From Azolla caroliniana (taxonomy: Eukaryota; Plantae; Polypodiophyta), in the NCBI GenBank assembly GCA_043228905.1, contig JBHGNT010000009.1, positions 4,402,001-4,466,000 on the forward strand: DNA of 64,000 bases, given 5' to 3'. Position numbers and translations under genes: made by a program. This document shows positions 1 through 12,900 of this stretch, one piece after another (the stretch's first letter is position 1; every line of letters begins with the position of its first letter). The notes below the pieces were generated by a model. It ran no database searches. It saw nothing but the letters and a program-made list of their open reading frames with translations, and was not told the origin of the DNA.

Positions 1-1019
1 GCTTAGAGACACGAAAGAGAGCATATTACAGATTTGAGAACACATGCAATCATGGAGATATTAAGTGTTGGGTTCTCACACTAGTGCTTCTCTGTGGATG
101 GAAGTATGAGGTGGTAGCATCCCAAAATATACTTAGAAATAGTTTGATTCAAATGTTCAAAAACATTTTCTTGCAAAGTTTCTACAAGTTATGAAACAAA
201 CGTCATACACCCGCCTCCTCCTTGAGATGAAATCATTTCCCATTGAGATCATGGATTCATGGCCATGAAAAGGGTTGTTGAATACATGCTTAAGGTTCAA
301 AAAGGTCTCTCACATCAACTTCCTAGAAATGCATGGTAATAAGCAAAAAGATACAAAAGACGCATATAAAGCAAAATTTTGTGTTCCAGTTGGATGCAAG
401 ATATAGCAAAATGGTTTGGTAGATGGGATGCAACACACTTACTTCATGATGCATCACTAGATCCCTCTATAAATGAGGCCTTTTTGCAACGCCAATGTAT
501 TATGACATGGGGCAAATGTGGAGGATCACACTTCACACATTATGCTACACATGTTGTACCTAACTACAAAACCATATTCTTCGCAGAACAGGCAAACCGT
601 ACACATCGATACATATTAGAGCCCTTCACATTATCTGCCATTCAACCCATTACTTCCATGTGACTTAGCTCACATACATTGCAATGTGAGATGGGGCGTT
701 GGGGCAAGTGATGAGAATGGTCGACTATGCACACTTCACCCCAAACAAGCTCTAGAGTTTGACTATCACACTTTGATACAATACTCTACTTTTGATCATA
801 TTCAACCAAGTTTTCCATACATCTTCAAGGACGCCCAATCCTTGCACGAATTTCTCTCACAACCACAATGTGCACTCTCGATTGCAACATTCATTGGCAA
901 AGGTCTTGAACATCAAGAGTCATTACTCTCTTTCAAATGTGTTACGTGAAATATGATATTTTTGGTCTCATTGGTCATGTTTGACTTCCAAAGATGATAA
1001 CATAATCTCTCTCTCTCTC
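1..1019 (+). mobile_element. Degenerate 3' part of a non-LTR retrotransposon (LINE ORF2 post-RT region), same broad family as the 50.6-53.0 kb element
   Basis: Broken frames read KRAYYRFEN..., WMQDIAKWFGRWD and SSHTLQCEMGRW...RLCTL...YHTLIQ, which parallel RSHKLGIE...EDKYHLLF at 52574-52897. The element ends in a TC-microsatellite tail. Confidence 0.65.
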
Positions 1020-1139
1020 AAGTTCAATCCTCCCCATGGGCTACACCCTATCTTATAGATTGCCACATCTCCTATGGACATATATCATAGATTTTAATCG
1101 GTCTCCTGTGGATGTTAAGAAGATTTGTATCTATTTCAT

Positions 1140-1572
1140 TCACCATATTCATAGTAGCCAAAACTACAACTCTCTCTCTCTCTCTCTCTCTCTCTCTTCA
1201 ATAATTAAAACACTATTAATGTTGCAACCTAGGTTGTTGCCTTGAGGTATGTACATTCTTCTAGTCAAAACCTAGAGAGGTTGTACTCAGTTGTAATCAT
1301 TGTTATTCTATCCACCCAATTGGGTGAAGGTTGTAACCAAGGTTGTTGCCTTGAGGCAAAGACATTCCTCTAATGAAAACCTAGAGATATTGTATTCGGT
1401 TGTACTCAGAACATAGTGAAGTTGTTTGGAACCTACGGTTCTCATGGTTTTTCCCTATTTGGGTTTTCCGCGTAAAATTTTGGTGTACTCTGTTTTTTTG
1501 TTTATGTTATGTCTTTCTTATATCGTGTTGGAAGTCTAAAGCTCATCGTGATTCAGATCCATATTCCTAACA
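1140..1572 (+). mobile_element. LTR fragment (R/U5 end) with an internal ~75-bp duplication
   Basis: Ends in TATTCCTAACA. The GGTTTTCC(G/A)CGT motif is shared with the LTRs at 29645-30280 and 31702-32194. Direct repeat at ~1220-1295 / ~1330-1405. The 5' boundary is uncertain. Confidence 0.5.
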
Positions 1573-2710
1573 ATTAACCCAACAATGTTTGTCCCTTTCA
1601 ATGTCAAGGACAAGGGACTCGAGAGAGAATGTCCAATCAAAGTAGTGAGTCAAGATGATTGCTCATGGGCTCCTAAGGAGCACTTCCTCCTACAAACATT
1701 ACAAGGCTAATACTTGCAATAAGAAGAATGTATATAAACATGTCACTTCCCAATTCACTCACTAGAGAAGGTTAATTGCGCTTATGCTCACACCATATCC
1801 TCCACAACTTAATGTTTTTGTTAGCATAACCACATGAAAGAGGAAGCCTAGTATCTTGAGAAAGCTACCTTTGTGATTTCAAGATGTTTGTGACTTTTCT
1901 AAAGCTCATATTTCGAGATGTTTGTGATTTCCCTTCTATTCAAAATGATTGGTTGTCTATGTGTACATAGATATTTTTGGCTCCAATGTTTTTTTAAATA
2001 ATCTTAAAAAACACGATCAAAACAATAAAGTCATTAGGTTTATACATTCTTGAGAAGGCACATCATTTCCTCTTTGTTCACCAATCTTTACATATCGATA
2101 AATGTGCAGTGCAATGCAGTGTCCTTCAGGTTATTAGTTAGAGTGACCACTTATTTTACAAAGCACTGAAAAAATGTATTATACAACCACACCCATAATT
2201 ACTCATTGTAGAAATTTGTATGGTTGTGGAGCATATGTACATATCACGTACAATAATGGATATGCACATCGAAGTGCTCATCAACATGTGCACCTACATG
2301 TGCAAAATGCTTGTCTATCCCTTGTCACGTGGGCTTTTTTAATTCCATGAATATCATGTGGTTTATAAACTGTGTAGTTTACATGTTCAAAGTCTCAATA
2401 CCATCTAGGTAAAGAGAGACTGGAAACGATTGACACCAAGGAAGGATTTCCACTTGAATGGCATTTGAAGGTGATGCCACTCCATAACATTGTTTTGTGT
2501 TACTTCCTTTTCTCCCGATTATATACCAATGCTGTCATACATGGGCAATCTGATTGGATTTCTTTCCTGTTGAAAAATACAAAATCCCAGTAGAGAATGG
2601 TCCAAAGATACAAAAACACTTGGCTTCTGTAATGGTACACATATCAACTAACATTTTATAGTAGTTCTCCTTCTGGACATTAGCATAGAATCATTCTTTT
2701 TCTACCATAT

Positions 2711-5700
2711 TCATTTTCCATTCTCCATTGGTTCCACATCCGCATATATATTGGACAACATAACAAATGCTGTAGCGTGATTTTCATCAAGATCCATGAC
2801 ACATTCAAAAGCATATTTCCCCAACTCAACATTCCCCCACTTTTTACAAGCTGCAAGAATGATGCTCCACATTGCTAAATCGGACTGAAATGGTGTCTCT
2901 CTCATCATCAAAATAGCTTCATCAAGTTGTCCTGCTCGACTAAGAAGATCAACAATACAATTCCGGTGTTTTGTATTAGGCGAAATCCTATGCTCGATGA
3001 TCATATCTTTAAAGTACTCTAGTCCCTTTTCAACCAGCCCTGCATGGCTACAAAGAGTAAGGATAGTAAGGAAGGTGACCTCATCTGGCTTCACAACTTT
3101 CCTCATCCTCTCGAACAATGCAAAAGTAAGTTCACTCTCACCTTGACGAGCATATCCGGCAATCAATGCATTCCATGCTTCAACCTCCATTTCTGTTTGA
3201 TCGAAAACCCTATGAGCATCATCCATGCATCCACACTTGCCATACATGTCAATAAGTGTAGTCACAAATGTTCCTTCAAGCTTTCCAAATGTGGTGATCA
3301 AAGAATGGATCATTTTTCCAGTTTCAGAATCGGCTGCTTTACTACAAACTTTAAGGAAGTTCAGAAAGGTTATGTTATTAGGTAGGACAGCTTGTTCTTG
3401 CATTTGCCTGAAGAGAGAGAGGGCTTTTTTGCTTTCACCATGTTCAGCATATGCGGAAATTGTGGCACTCCACGAGATTACATTTGGTGATATACCATCC
3501 AACTGCATGTTGTTAAGACAATTCAGTGCTTCATCAGGAAGACCATTTTCAGCATAAGCCGATAGTAGTACATTCCATGTTACTTCATCCTGAACTATTG
3601 ACTCATCAAATAATACCTCTGCTTCAGTAAATGAACCAAATTTTGCATACATGCCAACCAAAGCATTGCAAACAAGGTTATCTTTCTCATATCCCTTCTT
3701 CACAACTTCGAGGTGGAGCCCTCTGCCCATATTTAAGTCATTCATACCACCACATGCTTTTAAGACATGAGAAAGTGTGACCCCATCTGGGGAGAGACCC
3801 TTGGATTGCACATTTGTCAATACTCTGAGAGCATGTTCATTGTGCCCTTGGTCAACATAGGCTTGAATTAATGCATTCCATGGCACAATATCCTTAATCG
3901 GCAAGTGCAAGAACACATCTTCAGCATCTTTGAGGGAAGCACATTTAGCGTACATGTCAATCAAAGAACTTCCAATGAGGAGGTCATTTTCCAGGCTATC
4001 TCTAGCAAGTTTGGAATGTATTTCTTGACCCTTTTCTAGAGATTGTGTATTCCCACATGCTTTCAGACATCCTAGAAAAGCAATTTCATCTGGAAATATG
4101 CCTTCTAGCTCCATCTCTTTCAAGCACTCCATACATTCCTCAACTAACTCTAAGTCAGCATAGCCTGTGATAAGTATAGTCCACGAAACTAGATCTCTTT
4201 CTGTAAGGCTATCAAAAACTTCTTTTGCTTCAGCCATTGAACCACATTTTACATAAAGATCAATCAAAGTATTGCCAACAAAAACCTCTTGTTCCAAGCT
4301 AAGTTTGGAAATTTCCATGTATATCTCTCTACCTAAAGTTATATTCCCTAAATTAGCAAATGATCTCAATATGCAAACAAATGTGATAACATTTGGCAAA
4401 ATGTTATGTGCTTTCATTTCTGCATAGCAATTCATAATATTTTCATCAAGCCCATGATCAGAATACCCTGTCATTAATGCATTAAACGAGACCACATCCC
4501 GGCTTGAAAGGTTTTCAAATATGTCTCGTGCTTCTGTAAGCATACCCCATTTTGCATACATGTCTATGAAAGTGTTTCCAATGAATGAATCCTTTTCTAG
4601 TCCTAATAGGACCATCCGCATATGCAGTTCTTGACCCTTCTCCATGGCTCCAGAGCTACTACAAGCTTTTAAAGCACTAGCATAAGTGAAAATGTTTGGA
4701 CAAATACCTTCAGTGTACATTCTATCCAATAAGCTGCTCACTTCTTCGCCAAGTTGTTGGTCGGCATATCCCGATACTAGTGTAGTCCATGAGATTACAT
4801 CTCGTACTAGAAGTTCATCAAACACATCTTTTGCTTCTAAGGGTAAGCCACACTTGAAATACATGTCCATCAATGCATTACTAACTAGAGTAACATTTTC
4901 CAGGCCTTCCTCAACAATCTCAGCATGTATCTCTTGGCCTCTTTCTATGTCCCCTGCATTCCCAAAAGCTTTCAAACTACACGAAAATGTCAATTCATTA
5001 AGATATACACCTTCCTCTCGCATCTTCTGTAAGCACTTTACCACATTATTTACAAGTTTTTGTTCAGCAAAGGCTGCTATGAGTACTGTCCATGAGACCA
5101 CATCTCGAACAGATAGTGTATCAAGTATTTTTTGTGCTTCGGAAAAGTAACTACATTTGGCATATATATCTAGTAGAGTGTTAGCAACCGAAGAGTCCCT
5201 CTCAAACCCCTTCATGACAATATGTGAATGTAATTGGAAACCCACGTCGAAGGAAGTCAGGTTGCCACAAGCTTTTAAAGTGCATATAAAACTGATAGCA
5301 TCAGGAGATACTCCTTGTGATTCCATGCACTTCAAACAATCGAACGCTGCTTCACCATATCCATGTTCAGCATACCCAGAAATAAGTGAATTCCAAGTGA
5401 CGACATCTCGGGCTTGAAATTCATTTAGTGTGTCCTGTGCTTCAGAAAAAAGACCAAATTTTGCATACATACCCACCAAAGTATTGATAACCATGTGATT
5501 ATTGATGTATTCTCCTTTGGCAATCTCGGCATGTAATTCTTGGCACGTGTGTATAGCCCCTGCAATACCACATGCTTTCAGGCCAGCAATGTATGTGACA
5601 TCATCTAAAGTTACCCCTTGAGATTGCATCTCATCGAAAAGTTCTAATGCTTCAACACCGAGACCACACTCAACATATCCAAGGATCAAAACATTCCATG

Positions 5701-6763
5701 AGACCACGTCTTTGAGCATAAGTTCATTAAAGACTTCATATGCTTCTACAAGCAACCCGCATTTGGCATACATGTCCACCAATGTATTGCCTATAGAAAC
5801 GTCTCTTTCAAACCCGTCTATGACAAGTTCACAATGTATACGTCTTCCTTTATCCTCATCTCTCATGTTTCCACATATTTTCAAGCAACAAACAAGAGTA
5901 ATCGCATCTGGAGATATACCCTCTTCTCGCATTTGGTTGAGACAACTCAAAGCTTCGTTATTGAGTCCATATTCAGCATAACTTGATATAAGTGCAGTCC
6001 AGGATACCACATCTTTTATCGATAGTTTATCGAATACATCTCTAGCTTCAGCAAGTGCACCACATTTAGCATACATCATCACCAAAGTGTTTCCAATATA
6101 TTTATCACTCTCAAATCCCTGTTTTATAACCTCATTATATATGTCTTGACCTCTTTGCAAGTCTCTTAATCTGGTGCAAGCCTTGAGAAGAGCCACTAAA
6201 GTATGAGGACTTGGGAGTATACAATCCTGTTGCATTTTAGCAAACAAAGAAATTCCATCCATAGGATCGCCATTTTCAATGCTATTTTGTATAATTGATG
6301 TCCATGAATGCTCACTCCGATGAGTAACACGGTTCAAAACTTGATCTGCCATTTTTCCTCCACCACACTCTACAAACATAGGAACTAAATAATTCCCGAT
6401 CTCTCTGTGATTTTCTAGTCCATTGTTACACAGATGCAGATACATGGACTTTGCGAGCCCTAATTTTTTCTTTTTTCTGCATTGTTGGAGGATGTAGATC
6501 ACGTTGTCAATTGATGGAAGCTCTTTCATACATTGTAAAGATACAATCCCAGCCTCAATGTTGAGATGGTCAACTTTTGCTTTTTCTAGCTTTTCATTTG
6601 CTTTCTGAATATGATCTAAATTAGCATTTTCTTGCTTTTCATATGCTTTCTGGATATGATTTGTGGATCTTAACACGGGTGCCCATTTAGGGTTTGTATC
6701 CTTAAAACCTGTGAAAGGTGTGTAGATATGGGCCCCATCAACAGATATTCTGTTTTCTTTCAT
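2711..6763 (-). CDS. PLS-class pentatricopeptide repeat protein with E domain and no DYW, 1350 aa, intronless; probable organellar RNA-editing specificity factor
   Basis: Many P-L-S triplets (DVVSWTALI..YA, PD.VT...LKAC, GNTLVDMYAKCG). The C-terminus has the HAGLVEKG, CIVDLLSRAGQLDEA and E-motif W..ILAAC...GNVELG...FVMLSNIYA signatures, then stops. Confidence 0.95.
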   Translation of the reverse strand: MKENRISVDGAHIYTPFTGFKDTNPKWAPVLRSTNHIQKAYEKQENANLDHIQKANEKLEKAKVDHLNIEAGIVSLQCMKELPSIDNVIYILQQCRKKKKLGLAKSMYLHLCNNGLENHREIGNYLVPMFVECGGGKMADQVLNRVTHRSEHSWTSIIQNSIENGDPMDGISLFAKMQQDCILPSPHTLVALLKACTRLRDLQRGQDIYNEVIKQGFESDKYIGNTLVMMYAKCGALAEARDVFDKLSIKDVVSWTALISSYAEYGLNNEALSCLNQMREEGISPDAITLVCCLKICGNMRDEDKGRRIHCELVIDGFERDVSIGNTLVDMYAKCGLLVEAYEVFNELMLKDVVSWNVLILGYVECGLGVEALELFDEMQSQGVTLDDVTYIAGLKACGIAGAIHTCQELHAEIAKGEYINNHMVINTLVGMYAKFGLFSEAQDTLNEFQARDVVTWNSLISGYAEHGYGEAAFDCLKCMESQGVSPDAISFICTLKACGNLTSFDVGFQLHSHIVMKGFERDSSVANTLLDIYAKCSYFSEAQKILDTLSVRDVVSWTVLIAAFAEQKLVNNVVKCLQKMREEGVYLNELTFSCSLKAFGNAGDIERGQEIHAEIVEEGLENVTLVSNALMDMYFKCGLPLEAKDVFDELLVRDVISWTTLVSGYADQQLGEEVSSLLDRMYTEGICPNIFTYASALKACSSSGAMEKGQELHMRMVLLGLEKDSFIGNTFIDMYAKWGMLTEARDIFENLSSRDVVSFNALMTGYSDHGLDENIMNCYAEMKAHNILPNVITFVCILRSFANLGNITLGREIYMEISKLSLEQEVFVGNTLIDLYVKCGSMAEAKEVFDSLTERDLVSWTILITGYADLELVEECMECLKEMELEGIFPDEIAFLGCLKACGNTQSLEKGQEIHSKLARDSLENDLLIGSSLIDMYAKCASLKDAEDVFLHLPIKDIVPWNALIQAYVDQGHNEHALRVLTNVQSKGLSPDGVTLSHVLKACGGMNDLNMGRGLHLEVVKKGYEKDNLVCNALVGMYAKFGSFTEAEVLFDESIVQDEVTWNVLLSAYAENGLPDEALNCLNNMQLDGISPNVISWSATISAYAEHGESKKALSLFRQMQEQAVLPNNITFLNFLKVCSKAADSETGKMIHSLITTFGKLEGTFVTTLIDMYGKCGCMDDAHRVFDQTEMEVEAWNALIAGYARQGESELTFALFERMRKVVKPDEVTFLTILTLCSHAGLVEKGLEYFKDMIIEHRISPNTKHRNCIVDLLSRAGQLDEAILMMRETPFQSDLAMWSIILAACKKWGNVELGKYAFECVMDLDENHATAFVMLSNIYADVEPMENGK

Positions 6764-7760
6764 TTCAAGGGGAACCCATCATCATCATCATCTCTCTCGC
6801 TCTCTCTGCAGAGCTGAAGATGCTCTGTGGTTACGAGCTTCTTTGTGATTGCAACGAGTCATTCTGACCTCATATCACAGAAACAATTAACCATATCCAT
6901 TGAATCTGTTTAAGGTCAAATGTGTACAAGTAGTACGAGGAGCATAATTATAAATTTATATGTATGTGAGAAAAACTGTAAAGAAGTGGTCAGATCCTTC
7001 CTGACCGGGGTCGGGGTCATTCGAGAAATAACAAAAACTTAGAAGTGTTCGAATGAAATGAAGAGAAAGTTTATGAGCATGCTCTCCTCGAGAGCGATAG
7101 CTTCGCCTATATAAGCTCGAAATCGAACCACACAGTCCAAAATGAAAATGCAAACCCCTAAAAACCAAAATTAACGTTATCTAATTCCGACCTTCATGAC
7201 CCCTCTTCTTTCCTTCATCAAATCATTGTGTTGTATGCAATTACTTCTCCGTTATGGCCTCTCCAAATCCCAATGATTCTATGGTTTGACCCCATTTGTA
7301 TGGCATCTGAGACGACTTCTTCATACATGGTTTACATATGATGCTATGGCTTGCATATATAGACTAGACTAGAGAACTTTGATCTAGGATGCTTTCTTTC
7401 AATTCCTCACATTGATATGCTTTTTCCCACGAGGGACATTATTTTCTCCTTGAAATCATGAGAACAATACCTCAACCAGACTCAAAATTGAAAAGAAATA
7501 GGGATCTAGTTGTAACTACCAAGGTACTTAGAACAAATGAGAGATGTTACTTTCTTTACTAAATTTATCGAGATTAACCAATCAGTTCTTGGAGCCTTGT
7601 AAAACACAATTAAGGATATTGGAGGGGAACACATTAATATGCAGCACAACATCAAAACATAACACACCATGTTTTCATGGTTTATTAGAGCTAAAAATGC
7701 CTTCAAATCATCCCACAAATAGTCAAAGAGCAATTGCATTCAGGTCACTTAGTTACAACC

Positions 7761-8075
7761 TCAATGAATGCAACTAAAAAAGCTTATTTTTTGGAACAAC
7801 CTTCGAATTTAAGCAAGACGGTCAGGCTATAAGAGTCACACCACCTTTGATGTACGTATGCATATATATAATGTATGTGAATTTGAAGATAGATTATGTA
7901 CATACATACATTATGTGAATTTGAAGATAGGTTATACATAATCTTATCTTCAGATTCACATACATTATATATATACATACGTACATCAAGGGTGGTGTGA
8001 CTCTTATAGCCTGGCCGTCTTGCTTAAATTCAAAGGTTGTTCCAAAAAATAAGCTTTTTTAGTTGCATTCATTGA
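7761..8075. repeat. Long near-perfect inverted repeat (fold-back), arms of about 140 bp
   Basis: TCAATGAATGCAACTAAAAAAGCTTATTTTTTGGAACAACC... at 7761 is mirrored by ...GGTTGTTCCAAAAAATAAGCTTTTTTAGTTGCATTCATTGA ending at 8075, with few mismatches. Confidence 0.9.
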
Positions 8076-9964
8076 TATGTATGTATGTATGTATGCATGT
8101 ATGTATACATGTTATATGCTTTCACCATACAAACCCAAGATGTTGATAGGTTGATGGTTATCATGTTATTCATATGAAGTGCAAAGGAGTTATACGCTGT
8201 TGATTTCAAGTAGGAAGAGGGGTTTCGATTAAATAAAATAAATGTGGTGAGGAGCTATCGTTACAATTGTTAATGTTCAACAATTCCACGCTATGCCACC
8301 ACTTTCAGTGGCTGTGCTCAGACTGATCTAAATAAGCTGTATGTGACTTCTAAATAGCCGATGTTATTCGTTACAAGGTTGCCTCAAATCATATAGTACA
8401 AGACTACACCAATTTATTTATTTATTCTTGGGGAGGGCCAAGGGGAATTGTCGTAGAACCCTAATCTTCTTGTTCATTCTTTTGCACAGCACAAACTGAA
8501 CTGAGAATTGGGTTCTTCCATGGAATTGATGATTTGGCTGAACTGTGAAGCTGTGCAAAAACTTGAAAACCCTAATCTTCTTCTTCTCTCGCACAAGGCA
8601 CAAACCGAACCAAGAACCGAGTTCTCCTTCTTCTTACCCCATGATGTTGTGCCTATACAAATTCATTCGAAGCATAAGTCAAGATGAGAATGGAATGTCA
8701 AAGTTCAAATACAAAGAAGCAATTTCTAGTGTAGCTTGTTGTATTAAATTTTGAATAAAAAGAAAGCAACCAAATGAAAATTGCTTCTATTTGGGATTGT
8801 TAACAAAAAAAACCTTCAGATATTTGACACATTTGTTAACAAATCACTTCGACACGTCTACCTGAAGGTTTTTCAAATCATGTTTGGGTCAATTTATTTT
8901 TCGAGCCCTCCCAAGTAATGAATGATAGAAAAATCAAAGCTTCATAGAATGGGCTGACAAATAATAATGGCTTTAAGTAATAAATAGACAGATTAATTAA
9001 TCTATTTTGTTTCACACCTGATAAATTTAGGACCTTTATTTTCTCTCTATTTTAGCAACACGTCTGTTACCTCAGTGTGAGGTAAAAACCCACGAAAAGA
9101 TATACAAAATTTCAGTGCTTCGTAGTTTTGTTTCTCTCTGAAGCTACTAAAGTTGGAAATTTAATTCGTTGGTAGCTTTTATTTCAACTTTAAAATATGT
9201 ATGAAAACCCTCTCTCCTTTTACTTTTCTTAATAAATTCTGCAGCTTTTTTGTCTGAACACAAATCCTACTAGGACCTTTCATAGTTACATATTTTAATA
9301 AGCGTTTATCATTCTTATTTACTAAATTTCTAAAAGCTCACCTCTGTATTGAATTTTTTTTAAAGTACTTAGTTTTAACCAGGTAAAAAGTGGAAAGTCC
9401 TTTTTTAATATAACATCCCAATTTTTTAGTATGAAACGATCATTTAAAACTTATTTTTACTCTCTTTTTTTCTCTTTTTTCTCTTTTTCCTTTTCTTTTA
9501 AAAAATTTTAATCCACTGTTTCTCTACATTTTAGCTTTTATATGATCGATAGAATTTAAAACTTTTCGGGATAGTCGAATGCTGCTAATCTTAGAAGAGA
9601 ATTTAAAGAGCATTAACTAACGTAGTCCCGACATTCTAGGTAGAAAGTGGCTATATATTTTAATACAATTCTCTATTTTATAGCCTAAATTTATGTTTTG
9701 TGAGACTAGAATTTATAGCATTCAGTAAATTTCTTTACTCATGCTATTATTAAATTTGTGGGAAGTAGCTTAAACATCATAATCATGGATGAAGTTTTTT
9801 ACCAAATTCTGGATCTCTATATGCATAATATATCCATCATTCAAGCATGCATACATAAAAATACATTACATACGTCCATGCATACACATATACATACATA
9901 ATCTCAGCCCACAAACATCAAGTCATTTAAGATCTGTGTGCCATGTAGAGATCATAAATGCATA

Positions 9965-12900
9965 TCAACGATCAGCTTTTATTACCTTATCATCTTTCAA
10001 CGACGTCGACCGGGCACCTTTCCAGCATAGAAGTCCACCGGGTGCATATCTCTCCCCACTCTCCAAGTCGCTATAACGACATATGACATTAAATAAATTT
10101 ATCTTATAAGAGAGTTTCAAGGCTCAAGGATCATAAAACAAGTCAAAAAACATCTGCAGATTTAAACAAGCTTAAGAAGGTAAGCTAATCATATAAACAA
10201 TTAATATTTTTGCAAAAACATTTGCCAGACGCATACAAAAATATTAGAAGGTAAAGCTTTTTGGGTCTGGCATGGGGATCCATAGTTATGACCTTCAGAA
10301 ACTAAGCTAATTTATAAGGGAATTTTACAATTTTTACAAAAGAAGTCATAAACAAATCGCCATATTTATGAAACAAGATTAAGAATGCAAAACAAGTTGA
10401 GGGTCTAGCATACTGATCGATACTTACGAGCTATAGCCATCCAAATCATCCCTCGAATCATTCCACTGTAACGATATCGACTTTGGATCATCCAAACAAT
10501 GAGTTTGTTCTTCAGTTTTTGTATGTGATTCAATATCATATTCACCATTTATCGGTTTGTCAAATCCGTTCGAGTTTGTGTCTCCAGGTCGTTTGTACAT
10601 TCTCAAAAAGTCATTTCCACATCTATCACTAGTCTTTTCACTGTTCATCTTGGTCTTTTCACTTGCTTCTTGACCAGAGGGAGTCTTCCTTTGTTCTAAG
10701 TCATGACACAGAGGGCTCTTCTTCCCAATGGAGCTACAAGACTTTCGGAATGAGCTTCTTTCGGCACTCTCTTGACCTTGTTGTTTAGTTCCTATCTGAT
10801 AGTCTCCTGCTGAGTTCAGTGCTTTTTGTGCAAAGCTACTTTTACATAATTGTATCTCCACTTTAACAGGGCAGAACAGAGCAAGCTGGAAAGCATTCGA
10901 AATGCTCTCACGTGCCTTCTCTGCCATTGCTTTATGCTCAGGTGACTTATATTCCAGCCTAGCAATAGCAAAGGCTGCAAGAAAGAAGATATGTTAGCCA
11001 TTGGAAGAGTAATATAAACAAGTAGAGAGACGTAAGCTCCTTGCACACTACAACAGTCCCTTTCTCTTCGCTCTCTCTACACAACCAATCAAAACAACAA
11101 AACTATACCATTCACTCAGGCACAAAATGATCTGGCTGAAAGTACAATAATAGAATTGTTTCTTCTTTCAAATTCTGGCAGATCTGGTTTGATTTTCTCC
11201 TCTTCATTCCAATAGTGTGAGAACAGCCTTAAAAATGTAGCATGAACTTTGAATATTTACCTTCTGTGACGGAAAGAGAGACCAATCTGCCCTCTCCTTG
11301 GAGAAGTTGTTTAAGGCTATGGGGCTGACATGCTTGCAATACCTTTCTCCAAATATTGTCCATTGTGCAAGGACTCATGATAGTAGCCTTATTGCCACCA
11401 CCACCACCATATATAGGTTCAGCAGTACCCAAATGAGGAGAAAGATCACAAGGGTAGACCCTCTTGCCCATAGAAGGTCCGCATCCATCTATGTTTTTCG
11501 AGAGTGGTTCTCCAGGGGCATACTCTAGCTGGAAGGGAAACCGAGAGTCCCTTTCTTTGCCGCCCCAAGAGTGTCTTCTACCAGAATTTGGTGCATCCTT
11601 GTCACTCTGGTCTCGGAAAGCTCCAGGACTCCGAGTCACACTCGTTCCTCGAGACGAAGGGAGAGAGAGCGAATCAGGATTTGCAAGCTGTAGGAATGCC
11701 GCCGTCAACCATGTTGTGCGATCACTGCATGATCGAAGTTGCTTTTCTACATCCGAAAGAACCCTTAGAGCTCTCTGTAGCTTTTCTTGCCAATGATGAT
11801 CTCGTCGCACTGATGTCCAAAAAAGAAAAGATATGTATCATGAATAAAAACGTATTACTGAAATCATGCAGAGTAAAATCTTATGGTTTACAGCCTGTAC
11901 AGTTGAGTGAAAGCCTTAGCTTCGTACATCACAAGATTTTATAATTACAATAAAAATGTATAAATATGATGTCTGGTGGTAAACTTAAGGTTAATCAGTC
12001 TGATCACATAGCCTTTACAAAGTCCATAAGGAGTTGTATTTACAATAAAAATGCATAAGTGTAATGTTGTAGTGATAAGCTTATGATTTATATAAACTTA
12101 TGGTTGAGAGTTGAAATCTAAAACAATGATTTGAATGCCAAGCTCATCATAAACCGCATATACATCATTTGACACAATTGCATAACGTTAAAAAACAATA
12201 GTCTTATAGAAAAAACACTAAAAATGCATAAAGTTAAAGATGCAGAAAACTAACATGCCTAAAAAAGAAGAGACCTTACCTTTCATGACTGAGGTTCTAC
12301 ATCGTCCAGCTAGAATATCAGTGATCAATGTGGCTAGCTGAGATACGAGGGCTAAGGGCTCGAATCCTGCCCCCATCAATTCTCTGATATTTTCCACTGT
12401 GCTCACAGTGTCTGATGCCAAGGCAGAATCGAGGAGGTTGAAAAGTTCTTGATCAGGTATCAACCCCATCTAGCAAAAAGCCAAGCTTTACAATGTAAAT
12501 CTATCCAATCTTTGAGAAGGAAGATAGAAATTTTTCGAGTATGATTTCCTCATTAGTATTTTATATATTGAGATTTAGACTATTTCCAACAATGATTTCC
12601 ACATTAATGATTAGTATCCAGAATTATGATATAAATGTGGCGAGCATGAAAACCCTAGCTTGAAAGTGGAGCCCTCAAGAAGTTTCTAGAATATTCTGAA
12701 TTATGATCTTTGTCTGGCTAGTGTGGTGAAGCCAAATATTCAAGACGGATGATGCCATCTTATCTTAGTTTGGTATATAATATTCTAGAAACTTCTGCAA
12801 AACTTTATGAACTTCCAACCTAAGGTTTCCATGCCCTTGACAATGAACTTGGGTGAGTGAACTGCAGCATATCTAATAATTAAACAGCGTATGAATACTG

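Noticed and set aside
3044-5981. Plus-strand ORFs overlapping the PPR gene, and similar ones over the STICHEL-like gene and the copia element
   Set aside because: Antisense shadows of real coding sequence with no recognisable motifs.
8430-8912. MITE with GGGAGGGC/GCCCTCCC ends and an internal ~75-bp duplication
   Set aside because: The terminal match is short and no TSD could be found.
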